The notes beneath the pieces were generated by a model, which made no database searches, was not told the DNA's origin, and worked only from the letters and a program-made list of their open reading frames with translations. Below, in pieces: positions 34,100-43,600 of a DNA stretch of 64,000 nt. Every line of letters starts with the position of its first letter. The stretch's first letter is position 1. The stretch lies in IMG/VR virus record IMGVR_UViG_3300042934_000768, positions 6,449-70,448 of that record; one strand, 5' to 3'. Origin of the DNA: a virus. Both the position numbers and the translations under genes were made by a program.

Positions 34100-36868
34100 G
34101 TGACAATGGCAACTGAGAATGAAAACCTGCCTGGCGTCAAAGTGACGTATGAAGATGGCAATCTTTACTCCGGCAGACAAAACCTGCAGGCAAATACGCA
34201 ATCCATTTTGTTTATTGGTACCGCAGTAGACGGTCCGAGTGGCGAGCCTGTAAGCGTGCGTGACCTCGGCATCAAAGCAGCTGACAAGCTGTTCGGCGGT
34301 CTGATCGATCGCAAAACCAAGCGGCCTCATCAAGCCAGTTTGCTGCGTGGAATGTATGAAGCGATTCGTACAGGAAACGAAGACATTCGCTTGCTTCGCA
34401 TCGGTGGCAGATTTGCAAAGACGGTGTTGCAAGCTAAAGATGTTGCCCGCAATATGGAGCAATTCCTGGGAGCTGCAAAAGGTAACGGTGCATTCTCTGC
34501 GGAGTTTACCGTTCCGAATAGTGGCATTTTTGTCGGCGTCAACAAAATCGAAGAAATCCAAAGCGATAATACCGCTGTCAATATGACAATCAATACCGTC
34601 GTGGACTCGATCGAGAAGCCATCCGGCAAAGTGAGAGTCAACTTCAAAGCGGATAAGCTGCGACCTAACCGTAAGGTGAAAGTGTCCTACGACTATGAAA
34701 CCCGCAACTACTCGCTTGTTCCGAGATTAAATGCCGGCGTGCCGGATTATTCGGATCCGGATTACACGCTTACGAAAGACGCTTCTAACAACCACCGCTT
34801 CTATTCTGCTCGCAACAACTGGTCGGATAAATTGGAGTCGGGCCATGTGCCGGTTGTCGTGATCACGAACAACGCTGACGGCATGGTTTACACGATCTCC
34901 TCGATGACGCCTTCCGGCGATTACATTTACCGGGTAGGTAAAGGTGGCGTGACGGATCCACTGAAAGACGCATGGTCGGCACAAGACTACCGTGACGGCG
35001 GCATCTCCTTCACAGCAGCGTATGACGCCGAAGTGACGAAAGGTGTTTACCCGGCACTGTCTGGCGATATCAAAGTCACTGTGGAATACGCATGGTTCGC
35101 TGCATTCCCAGAGGAAGGCTCTTCAGAAGCTACGATCCCAGGTTCGGCTCAGAACTACAGCTTGAACTATACGCCGCTCGCAAGCGAGTTTGGAGTGTAC
35201 TACAAGCTGGGTGCGACTCAGGTGGAACTGGCTGAAGGTGTGGATTACGGCGTAAGCCTCTCGGAGAGAACGGTGACGATCAATGCGGGCGTGGCTCCTG
35301 TAGGCGCACAGCTGTACGCCGTTTACAAGACCTCCGCTTCGACGGTGGCTGACCCGAAGCTTGAAGTGTACGGGAAATTTCCTGGTTCCACTTACGGCTC
35401 GCTGACCGACATCCTGGACAAGACCACAATCCGTGGTGTGGCCATCGAGGTGGCGGCTGATCCGGAAGATCCAACAGGATACGAAAAGGTCATCACGGTA
35501 TACAAGCCGGATGAGAAGCGTTTGGCGTATCGTGACACAGCGCTCGTATACCGCACGAAGAAGTTGGAGCACATCAAGACGATCCGTCAGTTCGTAAATT
35601 TCGTCAACACGGATCCTCAAAACAACGTGACGTTCTTGGCTGCTTCTAACGAGCACGGCAGCGTTCCAGTTCAAGGATTGCTTGTCACAGGCAAGACGTT
35701 CCTTGGTCAAGAATCTCCGGGAGTGATGTTCGAAGATCTGTCCAAACCGGCTGACGATCCTGCTCGTTACCCATGGCTTGGCGATGACGGCGTGTTCGAC
35801 GTGACGAACAAAGAGCAAATGCAGCGCCTGTACGATTCGCTTGGCGGTAAGTTTGAGTTTGCTAACGGCGAATACAAGCTGATCGAACAAGGTGTGTACG
35901 GCAAGCTCGAAAACTACGTGGTTGACGAGATCGTGCTGCTTGATGTGTTCGCCAACACCGTCATTGATCCGGTTGTTCCGGAGAAGAGCTTCGCTAACCA
36001 ACTTGCCTACCACTGCGCAACGGTGACGGCAAAGACATGGGAGACGATCGGTACGATCGCTGTGGCGCCAGCGCTGAGCTCCTCGCTCGTGGATGTGCAA
36101 GAGTACATCGACGTGCTGACGAAGCCGGGGTTCCTGGACGGCGAGGAAAACGATGAGAAACGTGCCCGCTATGAGAGAGCCGGCATTCGGACCGACTACG
36201 TGAATGAGCATTACGTTTACGTTGATGCCACTCATGAATATGTCCTGAACGAAGAAGGCGATCGCATCGACATCGGCCGCTACGCCAACATCGTATTCGG
36301 ACCAGAGATCGGTCTTTCCAGCGACAAGCTCGGTAACTACGTTACCAGCGGCGCAGCCGTTTACTCGGCACTGATCTCGACGCTGCCACCAGAGGTATCG
36401 ACTACCAACCGTGTGGTTGAGGTGATCAAAGGGCTCCGTTACAAGCTATCCGAAGCGCAGCACAACCAGCTGAGCAATGGCCGCTTTGTAACTTTCGCTG
36501 ATCAAATCAACCAGTCGAACATCGTAAAGTACGTGGTCAAAGACGGCGTTACTGCAGCTCTCCCGAGCTCCGACTACTCCCGACTTTCCACGCTGCGGAT
36601 CGTACACGCTGCCGTGCAGCTGGTTCGCCGCAAAGCAAATCCGTTCATCGGGTTGCCAAACGGTTTGGCGCAGCGCAACGCACTGTCGGCGGAAATCCAA
36701 GCGGGCCTCGATCGGTTGAAAGAGCTGGGCGTCCTCCAGCGCTTCAAGTTCACCATCTTCAGCTCCGTGCAGGATAAGGTTCTGGGTAATGCCTTTATTA
36801 CTCTTGAGCTGGTGCCGCAGTTCGAAGTTCGCAGATTCAACACCTCGGTGGTTCTGAGGGCTGCGTAA
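34100..36868 (+). CDS. Contractile tail sheath protein
   Basis: LPGV...FIGTAVDGP..EPV N-terminus; DGVT...RLST.RI...FIG.PN C-terminus. Confidence 0.9.
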   Translation: MTMATENENLPGVKVTYEDGNLYSGRQNLQANTQSILFIGTAVDGPSGEPVSVRDLGIKAADKLFGGLIDRKTKRPHQASLLRGMYEAIRTGNEDIRLLRIGGRFAKTVLQAKDVARNMEQFLGAAKGNGAFSAEFTVPNSGIFVGVNKIEEIQSDNTAVNMTINTVVDSIEKPSGKVRVNFKADKLRPNRKVKVSYDYETRNYSLVPRLNAGVPDYSDPDYTLTKDASNNHRFYSARNNWSDKLESGHVPVVVITNNADGMVYTISSMTPSGDYIYRVGKGGVTDPLKDAWSAQDYRDGGISFTAAYDAEVTKGVYPALSGDIKVTVEYAWFAAFPEEGSSEATIPGSAQNYSLNYTPLASEFGVYYKLGATQVELAEGVDYGVSLSERTVTINAGVAPVGAQLYAVYKTSASTVADPKLEVYGKFPGSTYGSLTDILDKTTIRGVAIEVAADPEDPTGYEKVITVYKPDEKRLAYRDTALVYRTKKLEHIKTIRQFVNFVNTDPQNNVTFLAASNEHGSVPVQGLLVTGKTFLGQESPGVMFEDLSKPADDPARYPWLGDDGVFDVTNKEQMQRLYDSLGGKFEFANGEYKLIEQGVYGKLENYVVDEIVLLDVFANTVIDPVVPEKSFANQLAYHCATVTAKTWETIGTIAVAPALSSSLVDVQEYIDVLTKPGFLDGEENDEKRARYERAGIRTDYVNEHYVYVDATHEYVLNEEGDRIDIGRYANIVFGPEIGLSSDKLGNYVTSGAAVYSALISTLPPEVSTTNRVVEVIKGLRYKLSEAQHNQLSNGRFVTFADQINQSNIVKYVVKDGVTAALPSSDYSRLSTLRIVHAAVQLVRRKANPFIGLPNGLAQRNALSAEIQAGLDRLKELGVLQRFKFTIFSSVQDKVLGNAFITLELVPQFEVRRFNTSVVLRAA

Positions 36869-36877
36869 TGCATTGCA
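36864..36877. promoter_or_regulatory. Operator variant CGTAATGCATTGCA at the sheath stop codon
   Basis: 12/14 match; followed by hairpin 36883-36908. Confidence 0.4.
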
Positions 36878-36934
36878 ACAAAGAGGAAGGGCCCACAAGG
36901 CCCTCCTCATACTTGATAAAGGAGTGAAACAATC

Positions 36935-37660
36935 ATGTCGTTCGATATGGAGCAATACACCAGAACGTTTAGCTCGTTCGCCGGCGCTGACATCGTGGCA
37001 ACGTTTAATGGTCGCCTCATCGGCGAGCTTCAAGCCATCACCTATTCCGTCGTTCGGGAAGTCGCTCCGATCTACACCATGGGGTCGCCGGATCCTCGGG
37101 CTTACTCCAGAAACAAGCGGGGCATCAGCGGCAGTATGATCTTCACCATGTTTGATCGTGACGCTCTGATGGAAGAAATGAAGAAGTCCTATGAGGGAGC
37201 TCCGGACCTCATGACGTTCCAGCAATACCAATGGAACGTAGGTGCTGCGGAAAACCAAATCTTGAGCGGCCTGCAAGCAGCGAAGAGCACGGGTGGATAC
37301 GGCATCGAAACGTGGGATGAACAAATGACCAAGCTGGGCTACGGCGCAGTTCAAGGCCAACAAGGCTTCAGTGCCGACGGCTTGACTGGATTCTACGTTC
37401 CGGAATATGCCGATCAACTGATGCCATTCAATATCGCCATCACCGGCGCCAACGAGTTCGGCCAGCGTATGGGAATGGAGCTGTACGGCATCCAAATCTT
37501 GAACTCCGGAAGCGGATTCTCGGTTGACGATGTGGTTGCAGCAACGGCTTACACGTTCGTGGCTCGTAAGATCAAAGGCGTTGAGCGCAAAGCCAACCTC
37601 CGCACGACGGGTCAAAGCAGCGCTAACACGGCTGCCGGTGAATCTTATCAGATTGTATAA
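36935..37660 (+). CDS. Major tail tube protein
   Basis: SFAGADI...LQAITYS..RE.APIY.MG....R.KRGISGS.IF...FVAR; follows the sheath gene. Confidence 0.8.
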   Translation: MSFDMEQYTRTFSSFAGADIVATFNGRLIGELQAITYSVVREVAPIYTMGSPDPRAYSRNKRGISGSMIFTMFDRDALMEEMKKSYEGAPDLMTFQQYQWNVGAAENQILSGLQAAKSTGGYGIETWDEQMTKLGYGAVQGQQGFSADGLTGFYVPEYADQLMPFNIAITGANEFGQRMGMELYGIQILNSGSGFSVDDVVAATAYTFVARKIKGVERKANLRTTGQSSANTAAGESYQIV

Positions 37661-37678
37661 GGTTGACGGCATTCCCTT

Positions 37679-37703
37679 GGGGCAGCACTTTGCTGCCCCT
37701 TTT
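37679..37703 (+). terminator. Intrinsic terminator
   Basis: GGGGCAGCA-ctt-TGCTGCCCC followed by TTTT. Confidence 0.8.
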
Positions 37704-37729
37704 ACATAACAGGGAAAGGAGTGAGGGCA

Positions 37730-38233
37730 ATGTACAGGCGACCAACTGATGTTGAAGGATTCCACCAGACGCTTACCAGTTATGCCGGTAATGACATGGT
37801 GGCCACTTTGAACATTCCCGGAAAGGGGCCACTGGTGTTTGGAAACCTATCCAGCATTTCTTATTCCGTCTACCGGGCCAAGTATCCGGTGCTGGCACTC
37901 GGCCGGGTGACACCGAAAGGATTCACCAGGGGTATGCGCACCGTCAGCGGGATTATGCAGTTCACGGACTTTGATGAAACGATCGTCTACCGATGCCTCG
38001 AAGAGATCCGAGAGATGGGCTATAAAGTGCTGATGGACGAGATGCCCATGTTTGACGTGACGATCTCAATGGCCAATGAGTTCGGCAGCAAAAGCAAGAT
38101 GACCATCTACGGGATCACGACCTATACAGAAGGAAAAGTGATGGGCATCAACAGCATGTTCACGGAGAGTGTCTATGAGTTTTATGCGCTGGACATCGAT
38201 CCGCTGACACGAGTGGACCGATTAGGAGGATGA
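37730..38233 (+). CDS. Tail tube-like paralogue 2
   Basis: SYAG.D...ISYS..R...PV..LG....GFTRG.R.VSG motif. Confidence 0.75.
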   Translation: MYRRPTDVEGFHQTLTSYAGNDMVATLNIPGKGPLVFGNLSSISYSVYRAKYPVLALGRVTPKGFTRGMRTVSGIMQFTDFDETIVYRCLEEIREMGYKVLMDEMPMFDVTISMANEFGSKSKMTIYGITTYTEGKVMGINSMFTESVYEFYALDIDPLTRVDRLGG

Positions 38234-38239
38234 TGAACA

Positions 38240-39010
38240 ATGTATGGACGTAAACCCGCTCCGCAGGGAAATCCTTATGCCCGCCCAAACACCAGAGTCG
38301 AATACCAGATCTTCAATGAGGACTACTTTTCCGGTGCTGATGTCCATTTGTACTTCGGCAATATCTGGGTCGATGAAGCCGTCAGTTTGAATTTTCAGCT
38401 CCAGGAGAGCGTGCTGCCGATTTTCGGATATAACTCCTACACCTTTGATGCGATCTCCAGGGGACAACGCATTGTTCAAGGCAGTTTTGCCATCAACTTC
38501 AAATCGGTGGGCTATCTGCAGACCATTTTGCTAAATGCCAATGCAATTGAGTATGCGGTGGCACAGGCCGAGCAGAGCGGGACGATCAAGCCGGAAGATT
38601 TCCAGCAATACAAACTGGATGAGATCCTACAGCTTGCTGGAAAAACCGGCTTTGACGAGATCGCTGACGAATACGAGAAGGCGCTGTGGGGAGTTCAAGA
38701 AGATACCAACAGCATCCTCTCCTATGGAAACCGCCCATACTTCCCGCAGACGCAATATGGGTTCGACATCAAAGTGAACTACGGGGCCGTCTCGGAATCC
38801 ATGCGTCCGGAGATCCAGAACTACCCGACGACCAGCTACCAGGGAGTGAAGCCAATGCTAACGGTCGAGACCCTAAACGGTGTGCAGCTGACCGGCATGG
38901 TAAAGCAAGGCATTGGAACCAGCTCCGACGGGGCACCGATTACCGAGCATTATAGTTTTATGGCCAGAGACTTAAATGGGCCTTTATATGTACAGCAAAA
39001 ACGTATATAA
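38240..39010 (+). CDS. Tail tube-like paralogue 3 (possible tube initiator)
   Basis: YFSGADV...PIFGY...RG.RIVQGSF.INF...YSFMARD. Confidence 0.7.
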   Translation: MYGRKPAPQGNPYARPNTRVEYQIFNEDYFSGADVHLYFGNIWVDEAVSLNFQLQESVLPIFGYNSYTFDAISRGQRIVQGSFAINFKSVGYLQTILLNANAIEYAVAQAEQSGTIKPEDFQQYKLDEILQLAGKTGFDEIADEYEKALWGVQEDTNSILSYGNRPYFPQTQYGFDIKVNYGAVSESMRPEIQNYPTTSYQGVKPMLTVETLNGVQLTGMVKQGIGTSSDGAPITEHYSFMARDLNGPLYVQQKRI

Positions 39011-39014
39011 TATG

Positions 39015-39028
39015 TGTAATGCATTACG
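39015..39028. promoter_or_regulatory. Operator TGTAATGCATTACG
   Basis: 13/14 match; lies between TATAAT (39006-39011) and the RBS of the chaperone gene. Confidence 0.7.
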
Positions 39029-39046
39029 TAAATGGGAGGAAAACAG

Positions 39047-39574
39047 ATGAAGGCCAAGGATAAAGTCATTGGGAAACAATTGGACCTGTTTGAAGGCGCA
39101 CAGACAGAAGGGGAAACTGGCACCGGCCAAGCAGCAGGAACAAAGCCGCAGGCGCCTGTCGCACCGCCAAGCGATCCGCAAGCTCCGGGGGACCAAGAAG
39201 AAGTGGAGCGCATCGAGATCGCTTACGGTTACACGCAAGAGGAACTGAACGAAGCCATTTTCCCTGGCGGACCAAGCCGGCTTGAAGTCGAGCAGTGGAA
39301 GGAAAAATACAAAGGTGTGTACTTTACTCCATTTGATGATGAAGTGTTTGTATGGCGCACCCTGGAGCGTCCGGAGTACCGGGAAGTTCTGGCTGATCGA
39401 ACGCTGACGCAGCTGGACCGTGAAGAAATCTACACCGAAAAATGCGTGTTGTTCCCACGCAATTACACGAGGGATAAAATGCGTGATGATAAAGCGGGGA
39501 TCCCAAGCTTGCTGTCTGAGTTTATCATGGATAAATCCGGTTTCGTGGCGCAGAGCGCTCCAATCAAATTGTAA
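39047..39574 (+). CDS. Tail assembly chaperone 1
   Basis: After tube genes; WK.KY..V....F.WR.L.R.EY...VL.P pattern. Confidence 0.7.
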   Translation: MKAKDKVIGKQLDLFEGAQTEGETGTGQAAGTKPQAPVAPPSDPQAPGDQEEVERIEIAYGYTQEELNEAIFPGGPSRLEVEQWKEKYKGVYFTPFDDEVFVWRTLERPEYREVLADRTLTQLDREEIYTEKCVLFPRNYTRDKMRDDKAGIPSLLSEFIMDKSGFVAQSAPIKL

Positions 39575-39633
39575 GATACTACTCAGGCAGGGCATCCGTC
39601 CTGCTTGTTGTCTATGTAAAGAGGTGTATCCAG

Positions 39634-40479
39634 ATGGTGACGGCTCGTCAGATTCAAAAATGGAAGAACAAATATGATGAGGTCTTCAAGGTTCCGATTC
39701 TGGATACCGAGTTCTACTTCCGGCCACTGAGCCGGGAGGAGTACCGGGAGATCGTAACGCAAGAGCTTCCGATCGGGGAGTTCCAGGAAGCTGTGTGCGG
39801 GATTGGTGTCCTATGGCCAGCGGGCTTTGACTTCGCTCACGGCAAGGCCGGTTTCGCAGACACCCTATTCGATATCATTTTGGACGTATCTGGGCTCCAT
39901 GTCGGTCAGGCGCAAGTTATTCTGAACGAGTGCCGGGGAGACATGTTCATCTTCGACAACCTGGTGGACTGCCTCATTCATGAAGCTTTTCCTGAATACA
40001 AAATCGAAGACATCAAGCATTGGACGGTCCGCAAAACAATGTGGCATGCATCACGAGCAGAGTATGTGCTACAGGCGCTGCGGGGCGTGCAGCTTGTTCC
40101 TATCGACCAGCAAGCCCAGCGCATGCTCGAAACGCAGCAGAAGTTTGAGCAACAGCAGCAGCAAGCGGCGCAGCTGTCCCCGCCAAAGCAGCCGAAGATG
40201 TCGCCGCAGGAGCGGGCGATGAACTCGCCGCTTGCACGTCCAGAAGAGCCGCCGGTGCCGATACAGCGGCCGCAGCAACAGCCCGGACAGCCACCGGAGC
40301 GAGTGGAGTTAAGCGAGGAAGAAGCGATGCGCATGCTGCAGCAGGCCATGTCCAGCCACCCGCAAGGCGGCCGTCAGATCGATGTGAGGCGAGAACACAA
40401 TCCGGCCGGTCCTGCAGAGATGTTCCCGGAGCTCAATTGGTTCAGAGCCGAGGAAGAGCTGAAAGGGGAGTACGATTGA
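39634..40479 (+). CDS. Tail assembly chaperone 2 (paralogue with Q/P-rich extension)
   Basis: WKNKY..V.....F.FRPL.R.EY...VLWP pattern. Confidence 0.7.
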   Translation: MVTARQIQKWKNKYDEVFKVPILDTEFYFRPLSREEYREIVTQELPIGEFQEAVCGIGVLWPAGFDFAHGKAGFADTLFDIILDVSGLHVGQAQVILNECRGDMFIFDNLVDCLIHEAFPEYKIEDIKHWTVRKTMWHASRAEYVLQALRGVQLVPIDQQAQRMLETQQKFEQQQQQAAQLSPPKQPKMSPQERAMNSPLARPEEPPVPIQRPQQQPGQPPERVELSEEEAMRMLQQAMSSHPQGGRQIDVRREHNPAGPAEMFPELNWFRAEEELKGEYD

Positions 40480-40628
40480 TGTTCAAACTCTATGAGGTCG
40501 TCTCCCTAATATATAAAGACCGGCGGGTTAATCGCAAGTACGGAGCAGGTCAATGGTGCATCCAGGACGCATGGGAGATCTATTTTCAAAGATGGTATGA
40601 GAAGGCAGGATCCTGCGTGCCAGGGTAA
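40479..40628 (+). CDS. 49-aa hypothetical protein
   Basis: TGATG overlap with the upstream gene; GGGGAG RBS. Confidence 0.45.
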   Translation: MFKLYEVVSLIYKDRRVNRKYGAGQWCIQDAWEIYFQRWYEKAGSCVPG

Positions 40629-40640
40629 AGGAGTGTTCGT

Positions 40641-43600
40641 ATGCCAGACTTCGAGAATCAATATTCTGCTTATTTGGACCATGACACCAGACCGATGTCT
40701 CGTTTTCTGGCATCCGAAGAAGAGCGTCAGGAGATGCCGCTGATCGGCAAGATCGGCATTGGTGTCGGCCTCGGTGCTCTGGCCTTGACCGCAGCACACC
40801 GCACAGGCGGGATGCGTATGGTCGCTCGTGCTATTGAGGTGCAGGGCAAAGCCTTTGCCCAGGCGGCACGGGAAGTGTCCATGGAAAACGGCAGAGGGTT
40901 CCGTAATATCTTCAGCAACAGCTTCCGCCAGCGCTACCAGACTAATGTGGCCGAGCGGGCAGCGGCGCTTCGCCAGGGCACCAATCGGGAATACGACATG
41001 CAGCGAATCCTCACGGACATGGGCAAGTTCGTGGACAAGGAGATTCCTCACCATATCGAGGAGAGCCTTCGATACGACGCCATTATGGACGACCTGCAGC
41101 GGCGCCATAGGCTGACGAGGCAGAATCTGGACGGCATTAACCGTGCATTCAATCGGATCGACAACGCCACTAAAGGCGGGTTCTCTCTCAAGTACGCATC
41201 GGATAAGGATCTGGTGGCGAAGCTTTCAAGCTTCGGTGAAATTAATGATCCGACGCTCCACAAGGCCATCCTGGATTCACGAGCTCGTTTCCGGCAGTTC
41301 GATCCGCAGAAAATGGGCGCAGAGCTTCGTGCTCGCACCGATCGGGCGCAGCGCAAATTCAGCAACCTGTTCATTAGCGAGATGCACGAGCTCACGCAAA
41401 AACAGGGAGTTGTCGGCCGAACGATGCGTGGCCGGGATCAAGCGACTGTTGATGATGTGCTTCACCTGCACAGCGCCGGCAAAATGAAGCTGGATACGGA
41501 TACGGCTCTTCGTTTGCAAAACGTGCTCAAGAACAACCAGAAATTTGGGAAGGCCGTGTTCGACAAGCACCTGTATGTGAAGCGAGGCCGTGATGGCAAT
41601 GCGACAGATTTCTTTGATCTTCACGCCTTCGATGAGATGAAGGAGTCGTCACTGGAATGGTTCGCCACCTCCATGCTCGGCGGCCTATCGCATACCCGGG
41701 ACATTCTCAATTTCCGAAAGGCTCGGCGGGAGACAACCTTCCGCATGAATACCCGAGGAACGGTGCAGCCAGTCATTAATGCGCAGCGAGGCATGGCCAA
41801 TGATGCTTACATGGGCGGGCCGGCCGTATCGTTTAACGGGCGCTTCCGTCTCTTGAATAGCGAAGGTGGAGATCCGCTGGAGATCCTGAATAAAAAGCGG
41901 AAGGTTAAGCTCACCTCGTCGCAGTTCGGCACCATCAGCCGGATCTACAAAAATGCAGCAGGCATCGGAACCGACAATAAAGAGCGGGGATGGTTTAAGC
42001 AGGCTTTTGACCTGGGGAATCAAAACAAAGACTCGGATCTCATTTCCTACACCAGTGTATTTACCAAATTCTCGAATCCCGAGTGGGAGCGAAATGTGCT
42101 GGATAAAGCGCTGCGGGGGAACGGAGTCGAATACGATGACTTCTTCCGGATCCGGAATTACTTTGACAAATATACTTACGGCTTCTCGCCAAGGGTGCTC
42201 AATCAGATTCAAAGCCACATGCCGGATCACCTCAAGGCGTTCATCAAAGACAACGACATCAATTTTGCCAGAGACAAAGATATGCTCAAGCTCTTCGAGT
42301 ATTTGGGCAACCCGAACATGATGGTTTCCGACGGCATGGGTGGCATTGTCAAAAATGCCGGAGCCAAGCATGCAGGTGACAGCATCCAGCATTTGTGGCG
42401 GCGGTATGAGCGCAACCGGCACGACGTGCTCGGCAGGATCGATCCCATCGGAGAAGCCGGCCTATTTACGGGCGAATACACCCGAGTCCGCACGGGTATG
42501 GATCAGGTCAACCAGCAAGTGAGCTTGGAGGTCCTTCGTCAGATCATGGAGACGGGATCGGGGCCGAAGCCGGATTTTCGGGATCTGCTTGATAGCATGC
42601 GGCCGAAGGGATATGTAGGCGCTGCAGTAGGAAATGGGGCCATCAAAGAAGTAGATTACCGGCAGGCGCAGGATCTCTACGCCTACTACGAATTTAACCG
42701 AGAAGGTCGGAACATCTACAAGGCCACGGACGCCAGCTTGCAGCGGGTAAACGACCTGTTCGCCAATAATGCCTATTTCCGCACCCATGTGCAGCAGATG
42801 GCCAAGAAAACGAATCCTCTGTATGAGCGATTCTCCGGGGTCCGGCCAGTCAATCAGATCGGCGACGATTACATTGCGGTTAACCAGGCATTTGAGGAAG
42901 GCTTCCTGAAGCAGTTTACGACGATCAGAGGGATCAAAGATTTCACCAAGCAAATGAGCTGGTTCACCGGCCGCCGTAACATGGAAGACTTCACGACGGC
43001 ATCGGCTTATAACATGTTCATCCCTTACCGATTGCAAGATCAGATGGGGAACTTCGGCCTCGGCTTCTCGGATTCTTCGATGGGCAGTGCCGGTCAGCTC
43101 TGGTCATCCCTGATTTTGAAGCGGCTCTTGCCTGCCGTAGCGATCCCGACCTATGCGCAGTATATCGACGACAAGTCGGATCAAATGACGGGCACCAGTA
43201 TCTCCGAGCGCTGGGAGATCTACAAGGCTACGAGGGAGCTTGGAAAAGCCCAGAAGCGGGATGCGACCGGTGAAACGGAACGCATGAGGCGGGAGTTCAT
43301 GCTTCATCCCGGGATCGAGCATTTCAGTGCAATGCCGAATGTATACTTGCCGGGTGTCGGAGAGGTCGGGATGGGCACGGCAGCCAAAGCGGCGACATTC
43401 ACGCTCGGGATACCGGATAGCGAAAGAGATACGTACTCCTATGAGGAAATGTACGACTATTATCAAAACGGTGTCGATGAAGTGCGTAAGGGGCGCTGGT
43501 GGGCATTCGGCTCCAAGACAGCCTACCGAGGTGATCGCATCATTGAGTTTCAACCGAACTCATACCGGATGGCGATGAGCGACTGGGAGTACACCAGTGT

